Virus record (IMG/VR): IMGVR_UViG_3300045988_094522
Length of the DNA: 45,880 nucleotides
Direction: 5' to 3' (one strand)
DNA from: a virus
The position numbers and the translations under genes were made by a program. Below, one piece after another: positions 16,548 through 24,078 of this stretch (within the stretch, counting starts at the first letter, position 1; the number at the start of each line of letters is the position of its first letter). Under the pieces are notes generated by a model. It saw nothing but the letters and a program-made list of their open reading frames with translations, did not search any database and was not told the DNA's origin.

Positions 16548-17333
16548 ATGGATTATACCAGAATACCAGAAGAATTGAAAAAATTGCCCCAGTGGGTGTG
16601 TGCCTGGGATAATTCCAAAATCCCTATGAAAGCCTTTGAAAAGAAAGCTGCTTCCTCTACCGCCCCTGAAACCTGGGCAACCTTTGACCAGGCAGAAGCG
16701 GCGGTAAAGGACGGGCTTTATGACCACTTGGGATTTGTATTTGCAGGCAGTGACCTTGTAGGGATAGATATTGACGTGGGCTTTGATGACGGTTTGATGA
16801 CACCCCTTTGCGCTGATATTATGCAGCACTGCCAGTCTTACACTGAAAAGTCCCGAAGTGGACGTGGGGTACATATCTTCCTGAAAGGGAAATTACCATT
16901 TCACGGACGCAATAATCTGAAAGGCGTGGAGATTTATCAGTCGAGACGATTTTTTATAATGACCGGGAAGGTGCTTATCTTCCCGGAAATTATAGAAAAT
17001 CAGGAAGCTATTGATTATGTGGTGCAGAAATACTTTCCTGAGACAGAGAAAACGGGAAACGGTAAATCTTCAACGGTGCAGCGGATTTATGCCCCTATGT
17101 ACCAGAAGCCCGTAGACGGCAAAATACCTCTTGCTCCTGAATATCCCCCTATCCCGGCTGGCGGCAGAAACCTCTCTCTTACGTCTCTGGCGGGAGCCTT
17201 GCACAATACCGGGTACACAAAAGCGCAGATATACGCCGAACTCTGTAAGGTAAATCAAATGCAGTGTAAGCCGCCGTTAAAGGACAGAGAAATCCAGACT
17301 ATCACGGAAAGCGTGACACGGTATAGGAGGTGA
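16548..17333 (+). CDS. Bifunctional primase/polymerase (AEP prim-pol) with PriCT-like C-terminus
   Basis: LPQWVCAW, LVGIDIDVG, SRSGRGVHIFLKG and VEIYQSRRFFIMTG. C-terminus: GGRNLSLTSLAGALHNTGYTKAQIYAEL...CKPPL. Confidence 0.8.
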   Translation: MDYTRIPEELKKLPQWVCAWDNSKIPMKAFEKKAASSTAPETWATFDQAEAAVKDGLYDHLGFVFAGSDLVGIDIDVGFDDGLMTPLCADIMQHCQSYTEKSRSGRGVHIFLKGKLPFHGRNNLKGVEIYQSRRFFIMTGKVLIFPEIIENQEAIDYVVQKYFPETEKTGNGKSSTVQRIYAPMYQKPVDGKIPLAPEYPPIPAGGRNLSLTSLAGALHNTGYTKAQIYAELCKVNQMQCKPPLKDREIQTITESVTRYRR

Positions 17334-17338
17334 ACAGT

Positions 17339-17647
17339 ATGGCGAGAACACTTTACCTGAATGACGGCTCTACAGAAGTTGTTATTGGAGACCAGGAAGA
17401 AGTTTTGGGGAGAATTATTGAAGAACTGCTGGGGAGAGATTGCAAAGAACTCTTTGACGATATTAAACAGGAATGGATAGAAGAACCCTGGGATACAAAC
17501 GGCAGAGAGGATTATGAAAGAATTGCTGATAACTTCCGGGCTATAGCCGTGAGTGCTATGAACGCCCTTCACGAAGTCATCATGCAGCCCAGGTTAAGCA
17601 GAAAACGACTGGAAGCTATCTACAATGACCTGGATAAAAACTTGTGA
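17339..17647 (+). CDS. Hypothetical acidic protein
   Basis: AGGAGG lies 8 nt upstream of ATG 17339. 102 aa. Confidence 0.5.
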   Translation: MARTLYLNDGSTEVVIGDQEEVLGRIIEELLGRDCKELFDDIKQEWIEEPWDTNGREDYERIADNFRAIAVSAMNALHEVIMQPRLSRKRLEAIYNDLDKNL

Positions 17648-17660
17648 GAGGTATGCGAAG

Positions 17661-17852
17661 ATGTTTGATGAACAGGCATGGGATAACAATGAATGGATTG
17701 AAAGCAATCTGGTACAGGAACATTTTAACCTAACCTTTGGTGAATGTTTCAAGCGGTTTGAGTTTTGCAGAACAGCAGAATGGAACAAGTACCCGCTGGA
17801 AGGGCAGAAAATAACCACTTATTTCAGAAAGGGGGTGAAAAGTAATGGCTGA
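17661..17852 (+). CDS. Hypothetical small protein
   Basis: In-frame ATG 17661 after GAGAGG. 63 aa. Confidence 0.4.
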   Translation: MFDEQAWDNNEWIESNLVQEHFNLTFGECFKRFEFCRTAEWNKYPLEGQKITTYFRKGVKSNG

Positions 17853-19323
17853 TGAATTGTTTCAGCTTTCTAATGGGCGATATATCACGTCTGAGGAAAT
17901 CAGTAAAAAGATGTTTTACATAAAGTCCATTCACCCGGAAACCCCTTATCAGGAAAATTCTACAGGGTATTCATGGGATGAAGCAGGTATGGCAGACCTT
18001 TTCTCTGAATGTTACCAGAATGACACCCGTTACTGCCCGGAAGCTAAATCATGGTATACCTATGATGGCGGCAGATGGCAGAAAGACGTTGGTTCTTTGC
18101 TGGTATCTTCAAAGATTAAAGAGTTTGTGCGGCTTATGGCACTGTACTGCGGAGAAATCCCTGACGAAGAAAAGCGCAAGCAATATATGGGCTTTGTGTC
18201 TAAGATGGGTGACAGGCGGTTTCGTGACCGTATGATGAAGGACGCCGCTGACAGCATGACGATTGCCGCCGCTGAGTTTGATACTCACCCGTATCTGATT
18301 AACTGTAAGAATGGCACTTATGACCTTGAGACTATGACTTTCCGGGAGCATGACTGGAAAGACTTTCTGACAATGCAGACTAACTTTGATTATACTATGC
18401 AGGAAGTCACCTGCTCCAGATGGGAACAGTTCATAAAGGAAGTCACTCAGGATAATAAAGATAAAGCAGATTACTTGCAGCGGGCTTTGGGCTATTCTAT
18501 TCTGGGAACGGGTAAAGAGGAATGTATGTTCATCCTTCATGGCAAGACCACCCGCAACGGCAAGTCAACTATGCTGGACGCTATTCAACACCTGCTGGGC
18601 GATTACTCTACCGTGGCTCCTGTGGAACTTATCTGCCGCAATGAGAGACAGAAGAACGCCGAAGCTGCAAACCCTGTGCTTGCCCGGTTAAAGGGAAAAA
18701 GAATGGTTACTATGTCAGAGTCCGACACGGCGGGCAAGCTGGATGAAGCCACTATAAAGCAGTATACAGGTGGTGAGGATATTACCGCCCGTGAACTGTA
18801 TCAGAGTGCAATTACATTCAAGCCCCAGTTTACCATGTGGCTCTCTTGTAATGACCTGCCCGCAGTAAAGGACAAAAGCCTGTTTGCTTCTGACCGTGTG
18901 AGAGTCATTGAGTTCAACCGCCACTTCTCAGACGAAGAACAGGACAAGGGTTTGAAGGATTACTTTGAAACGCCCGAAGCTATGAAGGGTATCTTCACCT
19001 GGCTGGTGGCTGGGTATTTTAAATATCGCCGCTTTGGTTTGAAAATGTGTGACGATATGAAGAAAGTTATCAAGCAGTATGAGAAGGACAATGACCTGGT
19101 TCTGCAATTCCTTGAAGAAAAGTGTGAGGGTGCAGACGAAGGTTATACGAAAGCCAAAACGCTGTATGATAACTATAAAATCTGGTGTAAAAGCAACGGG
19201 TATTATGTTTGCAGCATGAAGAAATTCAATGCAGAACTGACAACGCACCCGGAATGGTATCACGAAAAAAGTCTTATTGCAGGGGTTACAGTATATCATG
19301 GGTTGGCTTTGAAAGCAGTTTAG
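17845..19323 (+). CDS. P4/D5-family primase-associated SF3 DNA helicase
   Basis: D5_N-like YLINCKNGTYDLET and Walker A LHGKTTRNGKSTMLD, then ITARELYQ and a C-terminal winged-helix-like tail. Confidence 0.85.
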   Translation: MADELFQLSNGRYITSEEISKKMFYIKSIHPETPYQENSTGYSWDEAGMADLFSECYQNDTRYCPEAKSWYTYDGGRWQKDVGSLLVSSKIKEFVRLMALYCGEIPDEEKRKQYMGFVSKMGDRRFRDRMMKDAADSMTIAAAEFDTHPYLINCKNGTYDLETMTFREHDWKDFLTMQTNFDYTMQEVTCSRWEQFIKEVTQDNKDKADYLQRALGYSILGTGKEECMFILHGKTTRNGKSTMLDAIQHLLGDYSTVAPVELICRNERQKNAEAANPVLARLKGKRMVTMSESDTAGKLDEATIKQYTGGEDITARELYQSAITFKPQFTMWLSCNDLPAVKDKSLFASDRVRVIEFNRHFSDEEQDKGLKDYFETPEAMKGIFTWLVAGYFKYRRFGLKMCDDMKKVIKQYEKDNDLVLQFLEEKCEGADEGYTKAKTLYDNYKIWCKSNGYYVCSMKKFNAELTTHPEWYHEKSLIAGVTVYHGLALKAV

Positions 19324-19409
19324 TAGAGTATTTTCGCTTTTTCCTATAAGTTTTCTTAGTATGCGCGTATATAGAAGAAGTTATAGTAAAATACGATTTT
19401 ACTCTACAA
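19321..19409. repeat. ~90-bp AT-rich quasi-palindromic element, copy E1
   Basis: Bounded by tagtagag...ctctacaa. Contains tatagtaaaat-acg-attttactcta (11-bp arms, 1 mismatch). Positions 19339-19409 match the reverse complement of 22764-22834 at 56/71 positions without gaps. Confidence 0.75.
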
Positions 19410-19505
19410 CCCTGTAGCCCAGGAAGGAGTTTATCATGGAAAGCTACGTTGAAAGATGGAAACGAGAGAAAGAGGAAGCCCGGTATAGGAAGGATGTGAG
19501 CAACA

Positions 19506-20165
19506 ATGGCAGAAAACGAAAAGCCCGTAAAGATGGGGAGACCGAAGGGCAGCAAAGACAGAAAGCCCAGACGGACAGAGGGGTACAAAGAAAGCAGTCC
19601 GAAGAACTTAGAGAAAGCGAGAAGTAATTCCCCCATTATGCAGGGACAGAAGGGAGAAATGCCGAAGGGGTATAATGCGAAGATGGTTAGTTTCATTTTG
19701 GCTATTACCCCAAAGGAGCCGCTTGACTATAGTGACGTGGACGAGATGGAGAGACGGTTCTATAATTATCTGGAAATGTGCGCTGCATGGGATATGAAGG
19801 TAGGAAACCAGGCGGCGTATACTGCTATAGGTATTACTAAAGAACAAGCGTGGGAATGGGAGAATGTGACGAAGGGGAACCCTCGCCGCACTGACTTTAT
19901 CAAAAAAGTTCGTCAAATTTGCGGGCTTTATAGAGAGGGTTTAATGCAGGACGGCAAGATAAACCCCGTCACTGGTATTTTCTGGCAGAAGAATTATGAC
20001 GGTATGAAAGACCAGTCCGAAGTGGTTCTCACGCCTAACAATCCTCTGGGAGACAGTAAAGACACGGAAGCCTTAAAGCAGAAGTATCTTGAAGCCGCCG
20101 ATATAGTAGAGGTATCGGACGAGACAGAGACGGCAGAGATTATAGAAACTCCTGCCGAAGATTGA
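19506..20165 (+). CDS. terS: Terminase small subunit
   Basis: N-terminal GRPKGSKDRKP, then ERRFYNYLEMCAAWDMKVGNQAAYTAIGITKEQAWEW (HTH-like) and NPVTGIFWQKNYDGMKDQ. This is the typical TerS pattern. No clear SD at this ATG. Confidence 0.65.
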   Translation: MAENEKPVKMGRPKGSKDRKPRRTEGYKESSPKNLEKARSNSPIMQGQKGEMPKGYNAKMVSFILAITPKEPLDYSDVDEMERRFYNYLEMCAAWDMKVGNQAAYTAIGITKEQAWEWENVTKGNPRRTDFIKKVRQICGLYREGLMQDGKINPVTGIFWQKNYDGMKDQSEVVLTPNNPLGDSKDTEALKQKYLEAADIVEVSDETETAEIIETPAED

Positions 20166-20171
20166 GCCGCC

Positions 20172-20308
20172 GTATAGAGAGGTTTCACCAAAATATTTTG
20201 GCGCAGTATAGGCGGCTGTCTGAAAATTCAAATCGCCAGTATAGCGTGTCTGTCCTCTTTATCAGCCCTGTAATTAAAGCGGCTCTGTGGAACGTGTGGA
20301 GCGTATAG
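20172..20308. repeat. Phased GTATAG repeats (4 exact copies, 1 degenerate) in the terS/ftsK-like convergent spacer
   Basis: GTATAG at 20172, 20206, 20239 and 20303 (spacings 34, 33, 64), each preceded by GC-rich bases (gccgcc, ggcgca, tcgcca, ggagc). A degenerate gtaatt at 20270 fills the double gap. Confidence 0.7.
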
Positions 20309-20322
20309 AGGGCAAAAAGAAA

Positions 20323-20353
20323 CCCCGGCGGGCTTGTGTGCCTGTCGGGGCTT
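20323..20353 (-). terminator. Rho-independent-type terminator after the FtsK-like gene; copy A of a 31-bp exact direct repeat
   Basis: Minus strand: aagccccgacaggcacacaagcccgccgggg followed by tttcttttt. Identical 31-mer at 21119-21149. Confidence 0.55.
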
Positions 20354-20358
20354 TTCTG

Positions 20359-21093
20359 TTATAACCATCTTAAACGGGGCTTTTTCTGCCGTCTCCAATA
20401 GTCTAACATTTCTTTTACTTTATCGGGGCTGTACATGGGTATATTATACAGTTGCAAGCCTGCGGGGGTCATATAATATCCTTTGCCATATCTGGGCAGC
20501 AGTTCGCAACCTTTAACGCCTAAAATGTTGCGGCTGTCCTGGGCGCAACGGGTACGCAAGGCAACCCGGCTATCAAAGTTTACTTTTATAGGAGTAGGGA
20601 TGACAGAGGAAAGCGGGCATTGCGTGGCGGCTATAATATGGACGTTTGCCGCCCTGCCTACTTGTGCAAGCCGTTGTAAAACGGGCTGCACCTGGCGGCG
20701 AGCGGTGGTCATTAAATCGGCTAATTCATCAATGATAATATAGACTGCCCCGCCGTCATAGTTTTTTATATGGCGGGCTTGCATGGCTTTATAGCGGCGT
20801 TCTGTTATTTCCATAGCATAATTTAACGCTTGCACCATTTCCCCCGGTTCACTGGAATATTTGAGCGTATGCGGTAACGGTTTATAGTCTATCAATTCAA
20901 CCCGTTTCGGGTCTATCAAGATAAATTGCACTTGTGCGGGGCTTTTAAATAAAGCTGTGTACATTATGCCATTGATAACAACGCTTTTACCGCTGCCCGT
21001 TGCGCCTGCTACTAATAAATGGGGTTGTTGTAACATATCGTTGTAAAGGTCATATACTGCACCCGCTGGCGTTGTCCAGGTCTTTTTTAACAT
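20359..21093 (-). CDS. FtsK/SpoIIIE-family ATPase, motor domain only
   Basis: The second ATG (21093) lies 7 nt after GGAGGT. Walker A LLVAGATGSGKSV, Walker B VYIIIDELADL, IIAATQCP, and DSRVALRTRCAQDSRNILG. No TM or gamma domain. Confidence 0.8.
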   Translation of the reverse strand: MLKKTWTTPAGAVYDLYNDMLQQPHLLVAGATGSGKSVVINGIMYTALFKSPAQVQFILIDPKRVELIDYKPLPHTLKYSSEPGEMVQALNYAMEITERRYKAMQARHIKNYDGGAVYIIIDELADLMTTARRQVQPVLQRLAQVGRAANVHIIAATQCPLSSVIPTPIKVNFDSRVALRTRCAQDSRNILGVKGCELLPRYGKGYYMTPAGLQLYNIPMYSPDKVKEMLDYWRRQKKPRLRWL

Positions 21094-21118
21094 TCTTTTA
21101 ACCTCCATTCTGAGAAAA

Positions 21119-21149
21119 GCCCCGGCGGGCTTGTGTGCCTGTCGGGGCT
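21119..21149 (-). terminator. Copy B of the 31-bp repeat / hairpin between ORF 21160-21498 and the FtsK-like gene
   Basis: Same 31-mer, followed on the minus strand by cttttctcag and then the RBS of the FtsK-like gene. Confidence 0.45.
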
Positions 21150-21159
21150 TGCCTGTGGG

Positions 21160-21498
21160 CTACTGTCCTATATAGCTATAATCGTATTCTTGAACGGTTC
21201 CCAGGGTTTCCGCTGTGGGCTTTTCACCTGTGAAACGGTCTACAGTTCTAACAGGGATATAAAACGCTGTACGGTTCCTTTTTCCTCTCAAATTGTAGTA
21301 TTCAAACGAGTTTACAGCTTCTTCAAAGCTGGCGGCGGCTTTTCCGCTTATGCTTATTTCTGGATGATATGGAAAGCCGGGGCGCAAGTTTGAAGGACAG
21401 AGGACAACCCGCAAGCCGTTGCTGTACGCTTTCCGGGCTGTGGTTTTAGTGATACGGACGAACAACCGCCCGCCGTCTGTGTAGGTGTATTCTTTCAT
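21160..21498 (-). CDS. Hypothetical protein (112 aa)
   Basis: GGAGG RBS. Member of the reverse-strand operon. Confidence 0.55.
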   Translation of the reverse strand: MKEYTYTDGGRLFVRITKTTARKAYSNGLRVVLCPSNLRPGFPYHPEISISGKAAASFEEAVNSFEYYNLRGKRNRTAFYIPVRTVDRFTGEKPTAETLGTVQEYDYSYIGQ

Positions 21499-21647
21499 GG
21501 TTTAACCTCCTGTATTTGTGCATTTTGTCAATGTGCTATTAACTGGCATTGCTGCGGGTTTGAAATCCCACTTTTTCCAGACCTCCCAGGGCTTGCACCC
21601 TGGGAACGCTTGCGCCCTAACTGGCTATTTATACCCGGCGCAACGGG

Positions 21648-22025
21648 TTAAAATGCTATGTTTGAAAGTCTGCGGGCTGCCTGTTTTAAAGCTCTTGCTT
21701 GTACGTCTAACCATTCTTCCCGGCTGTTAGGTCTGCGCTGCCCTTCATTGCTGCGCTTGTATTCAGACGGACAACAAAGACGCTTTGCAATGTCTCCATC
21801 ATAGATAAGAGAAGAACCACCGTAGCTGTAGGACTCCCAGGAGTCAGCACCATTTAACAACCATTCTTTAAACTCTTTGCAGTCTGCGGCTTCCCTTCCC
21901 TCATACTGCACCCGCTCTTGATACTCTTCTAATAATTCCAGGGCGTACAGTGTAACGCCTTTATTCCATGCGCTGCGGTCTTTTCTGGTTTCTAATCTGT
22001 TTTTAATTTCATTGTAGTTTGTCAT
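21648..22025 (-). CDS. Hypothetical protein (125 aa)
   Basis: The ORF has an RBS. SAWNKGVTLYALELLEEY motif of unknown function. Reverse-strand operon. Confidence 0.55.
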   Translation of the reverse strand: MTNYNEIKNRLETRKDRSAWNKGVTLYALELLEEYQERVQYEGREAADCKEFKEWLLNGADSWESYSYGGSSLIYDGDIAKRLCCPSEYKRSNEGQRRPNSREEWLDVQARALKQAARRLSNIAF

Positions 22026-22052
22026 ATCCTTTTACCTCTTTTCTTTTTTTGG

Positions 22053-22274
22053 TTATTCTTCTACAATAGGTTTACAAGGTGTAGTTGCTATATTGATTTC
22101 GTAAGTATCGGAATTTAAAGCCCTGAATGTATCAACCTTAAATTTTCCATAGGCTTCTAAGTGAAAAGGGTTGTTAATATCAAGTGTGGTGTTAAAATCT
22201 TCCCCATAACCTACAGTAATTTTAATTTGTAAATCTTCCTTGTAAATCATGCTTACAAGCTGTTTTACATTCAT
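22053..22274 (-). CDS. Hypothetical protein (73 aa), first gene of the reverse-strand operon
   Basis: AAAGGAG RBS. Preceded by a consensus-like promoter. Confidence 0.5.
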   Translation of the reverse strand: MNVKQLVSMIYKEDLQIKITVGYGEDFNTTLDINNPFHLEAYGKFKVDTFRALNSDTYEINIATTPCKPIVEE

Positions 22275-22305
22275 GCTCTCAGCTCCTTTCTTTTATCTTG
22301 TAAAC

Positions 22306-22334
22306 ATGATAACACGTTTAAATGATATTGTCAA
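22306..22334 (-). promoter_or_regulatory. Promoter of the reverse-strand accessory operon
   Basis: Minus strand: TTGACA (22334-22329), 17 nt, TATCAT (22311-22306). The -35 is bracketed by the inverted repeat aacacgttt (22311-22319) / aaacgtgtt (22341-22349). Confidence 0.6.
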
Positions 22335-22365
22335 GCGTGAAAACGTGTTTTTGAGATATTTTTTC

Positions 22366-22456
22366 GTCTGGCTGGCTCTCGTACCGGGTGGAACCCTGGC
22401 GGCTGCACCCCCTGCGGGGGAAATCGACCCCCGCCGAGCCGAGCCGGGTGAGGGTC
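22366..22456. other. GC-rich structured spacer between the divergent island promoters
   Basis: About 90 bp far more GC-rich than its surroundings. The G5 run at 22416-22420 can pair with C5 at 22408-22412 or with C5 at 22428-22432 (7-bp stem gcggggg/cccccgc, loop aaatcga). Outer pairing ggctggctc / gagccgagcc. Tandem ccgag-ccgag. Confidence 0.5.
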
Positions 22457-22483
22457 AAAAATACCGCAAAAATAAAAAAGTTA

Positions 22484-22512
22484 TTGACTTAACCGTGTTA
22501 TTGCGATATAAT
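22484..22512 (+). promoter_or_regulatory. Consensus sigma70-type promoter of the island HTH gene
   Basis: TTGACT (22484-22489), 17 nt, TATAAT (22507-22512). Confidence 0.7.
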
Positions 22513-22536
22513 GTAAACACGATAAGGAGGATTGCT

Positions 22537-22755
22537 ATGAAAGCTAATGATATTGTCAAAAATTTAATGAAAGAAAGAAACTTGACTCAGGGGGAACTTA
22601 CCAAAATCATGGGTAAAACGAGTCAATCTGCAATCAGTGGAGCATTAAACAGGGATATGAAAATATCTACATTGGTATCCTTTCTTGACGCTCTGAATTG
22701 CACTTTGGTTATCAAGGATAAAAACGGAAATGAGTGGACGGTTGAAAATGAATAA
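22537..22755 (+). CDS. XRE-family HTH transcriptional regulator (72 aa)
   Basis: ATG follows AAGGAGG. LTQGELTKIMGKTSQSAISGALNRDMKISTLVSFLDAL. Confidence 0.75.
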   Translation: MKANDIVKNLMKERNLTQGELTKIMGKTSQSAISGALNRDMKISTLVSFLDALNCTLVIKDKNGNEWTVENE

Positions 22756-22763
22756 GCAAAGTA

Positions 22764-22853
22764 TTGTAGAGTAAAATCAAGTTTTACTATAAGTTTATAT
22801 AGATATACGACTACTAAGAGAAGTCATAGGAAAATCATTGATTTGCTCTACAA
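22764..22853. repeat. ~90-bp AT-rich quasi-palindromic element, copy E2 (inverted relative to E1)
   Basis: Bounded by ttgtagag...ctctacaa. Contains tagagtaaaa-tcaag-ttttactata. Confidence 0.75.
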
Positions 22854-22891
22854 GTCTACAGGTTGAAATACTGATTAAGGAGGTATAACCA

Positions 22892-23497
22892 ATGGATGAA
22901 TTAAGTTTCAAATTTCAGGAAACTGCTGTAAGAACCCTGTTAATAGAACGTGAACCGTGGTTTGTAGGAAAAGACGTGGCAGAAGCATTACACCATAGCA
23001 ACCCTGAAAGGGCGGTTCGTAATTTTGTAGATGATGAAGATAAAGGAGTGACCGTTTTAGTCACCCCTGGTGGAACTCAACAAGTTACGATTATTAACGA
23101 ACCGGGAGTATATTCTTTAATCTTGCAAAGTAAGACAGAAACGGCTAAGAAGTTTAAACATTGGGTAACACATAATGTCTTGCCGTCTATTCGCAAGCAA
23201 GGTTATTATTCTGTTCTATCTGATGAAGAATTGATTGAAGCACTTACCCAAAAGCTGCAAGACAATCCAAAGTTCTTGAAATACACTGACGGACTTACCC
23301 CGGCACAAAAGAAGGACGCTAACAAATTAAGACGAGAAGCCGATTATCAGGAGTTACGCAAAAACTGGAAAGATATGGAGCCACGGGAAGTGACACAAAA
23401 ATTGAGTGATATTTTCTTTGATGACCCCAGACGGTTTGAACGGGAGAACAACAAATTCATCTACTGGTATAACCACAACAAAATTTCCAGATTTTAA
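22892..23497 (+). CDS. BRO-N domain protein (antirepressor-like)
   Basis: FQETAVRTLLIEREPWFVGKDVAEALHHSNPERAVRNFVDDEDKG...INEPGVYSLILQSKTETAKKFKHWVTHNVLPSIRKQG. Confidence 0.75.
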   Translation: MDELSFKFQETAVRTLLIEREPWFVGKDVAEALHHSNPERAVRNFVDDEDKGVTVLVTPGGTQQVTIINEPGVYSLILQSKTETAKKFKHWVTHNVLPSIRKQGYYSVLSDEELIEALTQKLQDNPKFLKYTDGLTPAQKKDANKLRREADYQELRKNWKDMEPREVTQKLSDIFFDDPRRFERENNKFIYWYNHNKISRF

Positions 23498-23509
23498 GGA
23501 GAGTGTACA

Positions 23510-23992
23510 ATGAAGCGGTTTACAATGATTTTATTATCTTTTGTGTTGTTGTTCAGTTTGACAGCTTGCGGTTCGTCTGAACCAGCAGTGGAGGTGACTG
23601 CGGAAAGTGCAGTTACGGCATTGCAAGAGAAGATACCTGATATAACAAGTATCACGGTATATGACGAGGAAACCGACCCGAATGAAAATTTAGGGAGACC
23701 GGGACAATATATCGGTAAAGCAGACTTCTTTGATAGCCGCATGGAGTATGAAGAAGATAATGCCGGGACAATCGAGTTTTTCTCGTCTAAATCAGATTGT
23801 GATGACAGATACGAATATTTGTGCAAACTCTCTGACCCAGAGTTGGGAGCATTTGGTGTAAACCAATATATTTATAAATACGACCTTGCCGTGTTCAGAG
23901 TTAGTTATGATTTGACTCCTTCTCAAGCAGAAGAATATAAGCAAGCTATGGATGAGATTATGGGTGAGGTTTCCGAACAATACGAAGGATAA
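23510..23992 (+). CDS. Lipoprotein of unknown function
   Basis: MKRFTMILLSFVLLFSLTAC: signal peptide plus lipobox. Confidence 0.7.
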   Translation: MKRFTMILLSFVLLFSLTACGSSEPAVEVTAESAVTALQEKIPDITSITVYDEETDPNENLGRPGQYIGKADFFDSRMEYEEDNAGTIEFFSSKSDCDDRYEYLCKLSDPELGAFGVNQYIYKYDLAVFRVSYDLTPSQAEEYKQAMDEIMGEVSEQYEG

Positions 23993-24034
23993 TTTTATAA
24001 CAAACCCTGAGTGGAGACTGAGGGTTGTCCAATG

Positions 24035-24065
24035 GGACTGTCTGATGACAGTCCTTATTTTTTTT
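24035..24065 (+). terminator. Rho-independent terminator closing the accessory island
   Basis: ggactgtc-tgat-gacagtcc followed by ttatttttttt. Confidence 0.75.
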
Positions 24066-24078
24066 GCAGGAGGATATT

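Noticed and set aside
19436-19627. 63-aa Lys/Arg/Glu-rich ORF with an excellent RBS (GGAAGGAG-N7-ATG) overlapping the terS start in another frame
   Set aside because: The low-complexity sequence mirrors the charged TerS N-terminus in a shifted frame. I could not decide whether it is a leader ORF, a frameshift-linked TerS N-terminus or an artefact. It is left unannotated but deserves a look, because the annotated terS ATG lacks an SD.
20172-20308. CRISPR-like array (regularly spaced short repeats)
   Set aside because: The repeats are only 6 bp plus a loose GC context. The spacing of ~33 bp is centre to centre, and there are no cas genes. Protein-binding boxes fit better.
21499-21647. 149-bp structured spacer inside the reverse-strand operon (two GC hairpins: ttgcgcc...ggcgcaa and cccaggg-tgcaag-ccctggg)
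   Set aside because: The hairpins have no T-runs, and I could not match them to a known RNA motif or see any repeat elsewhere. Noted only as possible processing or attenuation sites.
22366-22456. tRNA or tRNA-fragment in the GC-rich block (minus strand ggggg-tcgattt-ccccc resembles a T-arm)
   Set aside because: The loop is TCGATTT rather than TTCGAxx. No matching acceptor, D or anticodon arms can be drawn on either strand.
22249-22755. 168-aa ORF-track version of the HTH gene
   Set aside because: The upstream 96 codons read through the minus-strand gene start, the GC-rich spacer and the TTGACT-17-TATAAT promoter. The real gene starts at ATG 22537, after AAGGAGG.
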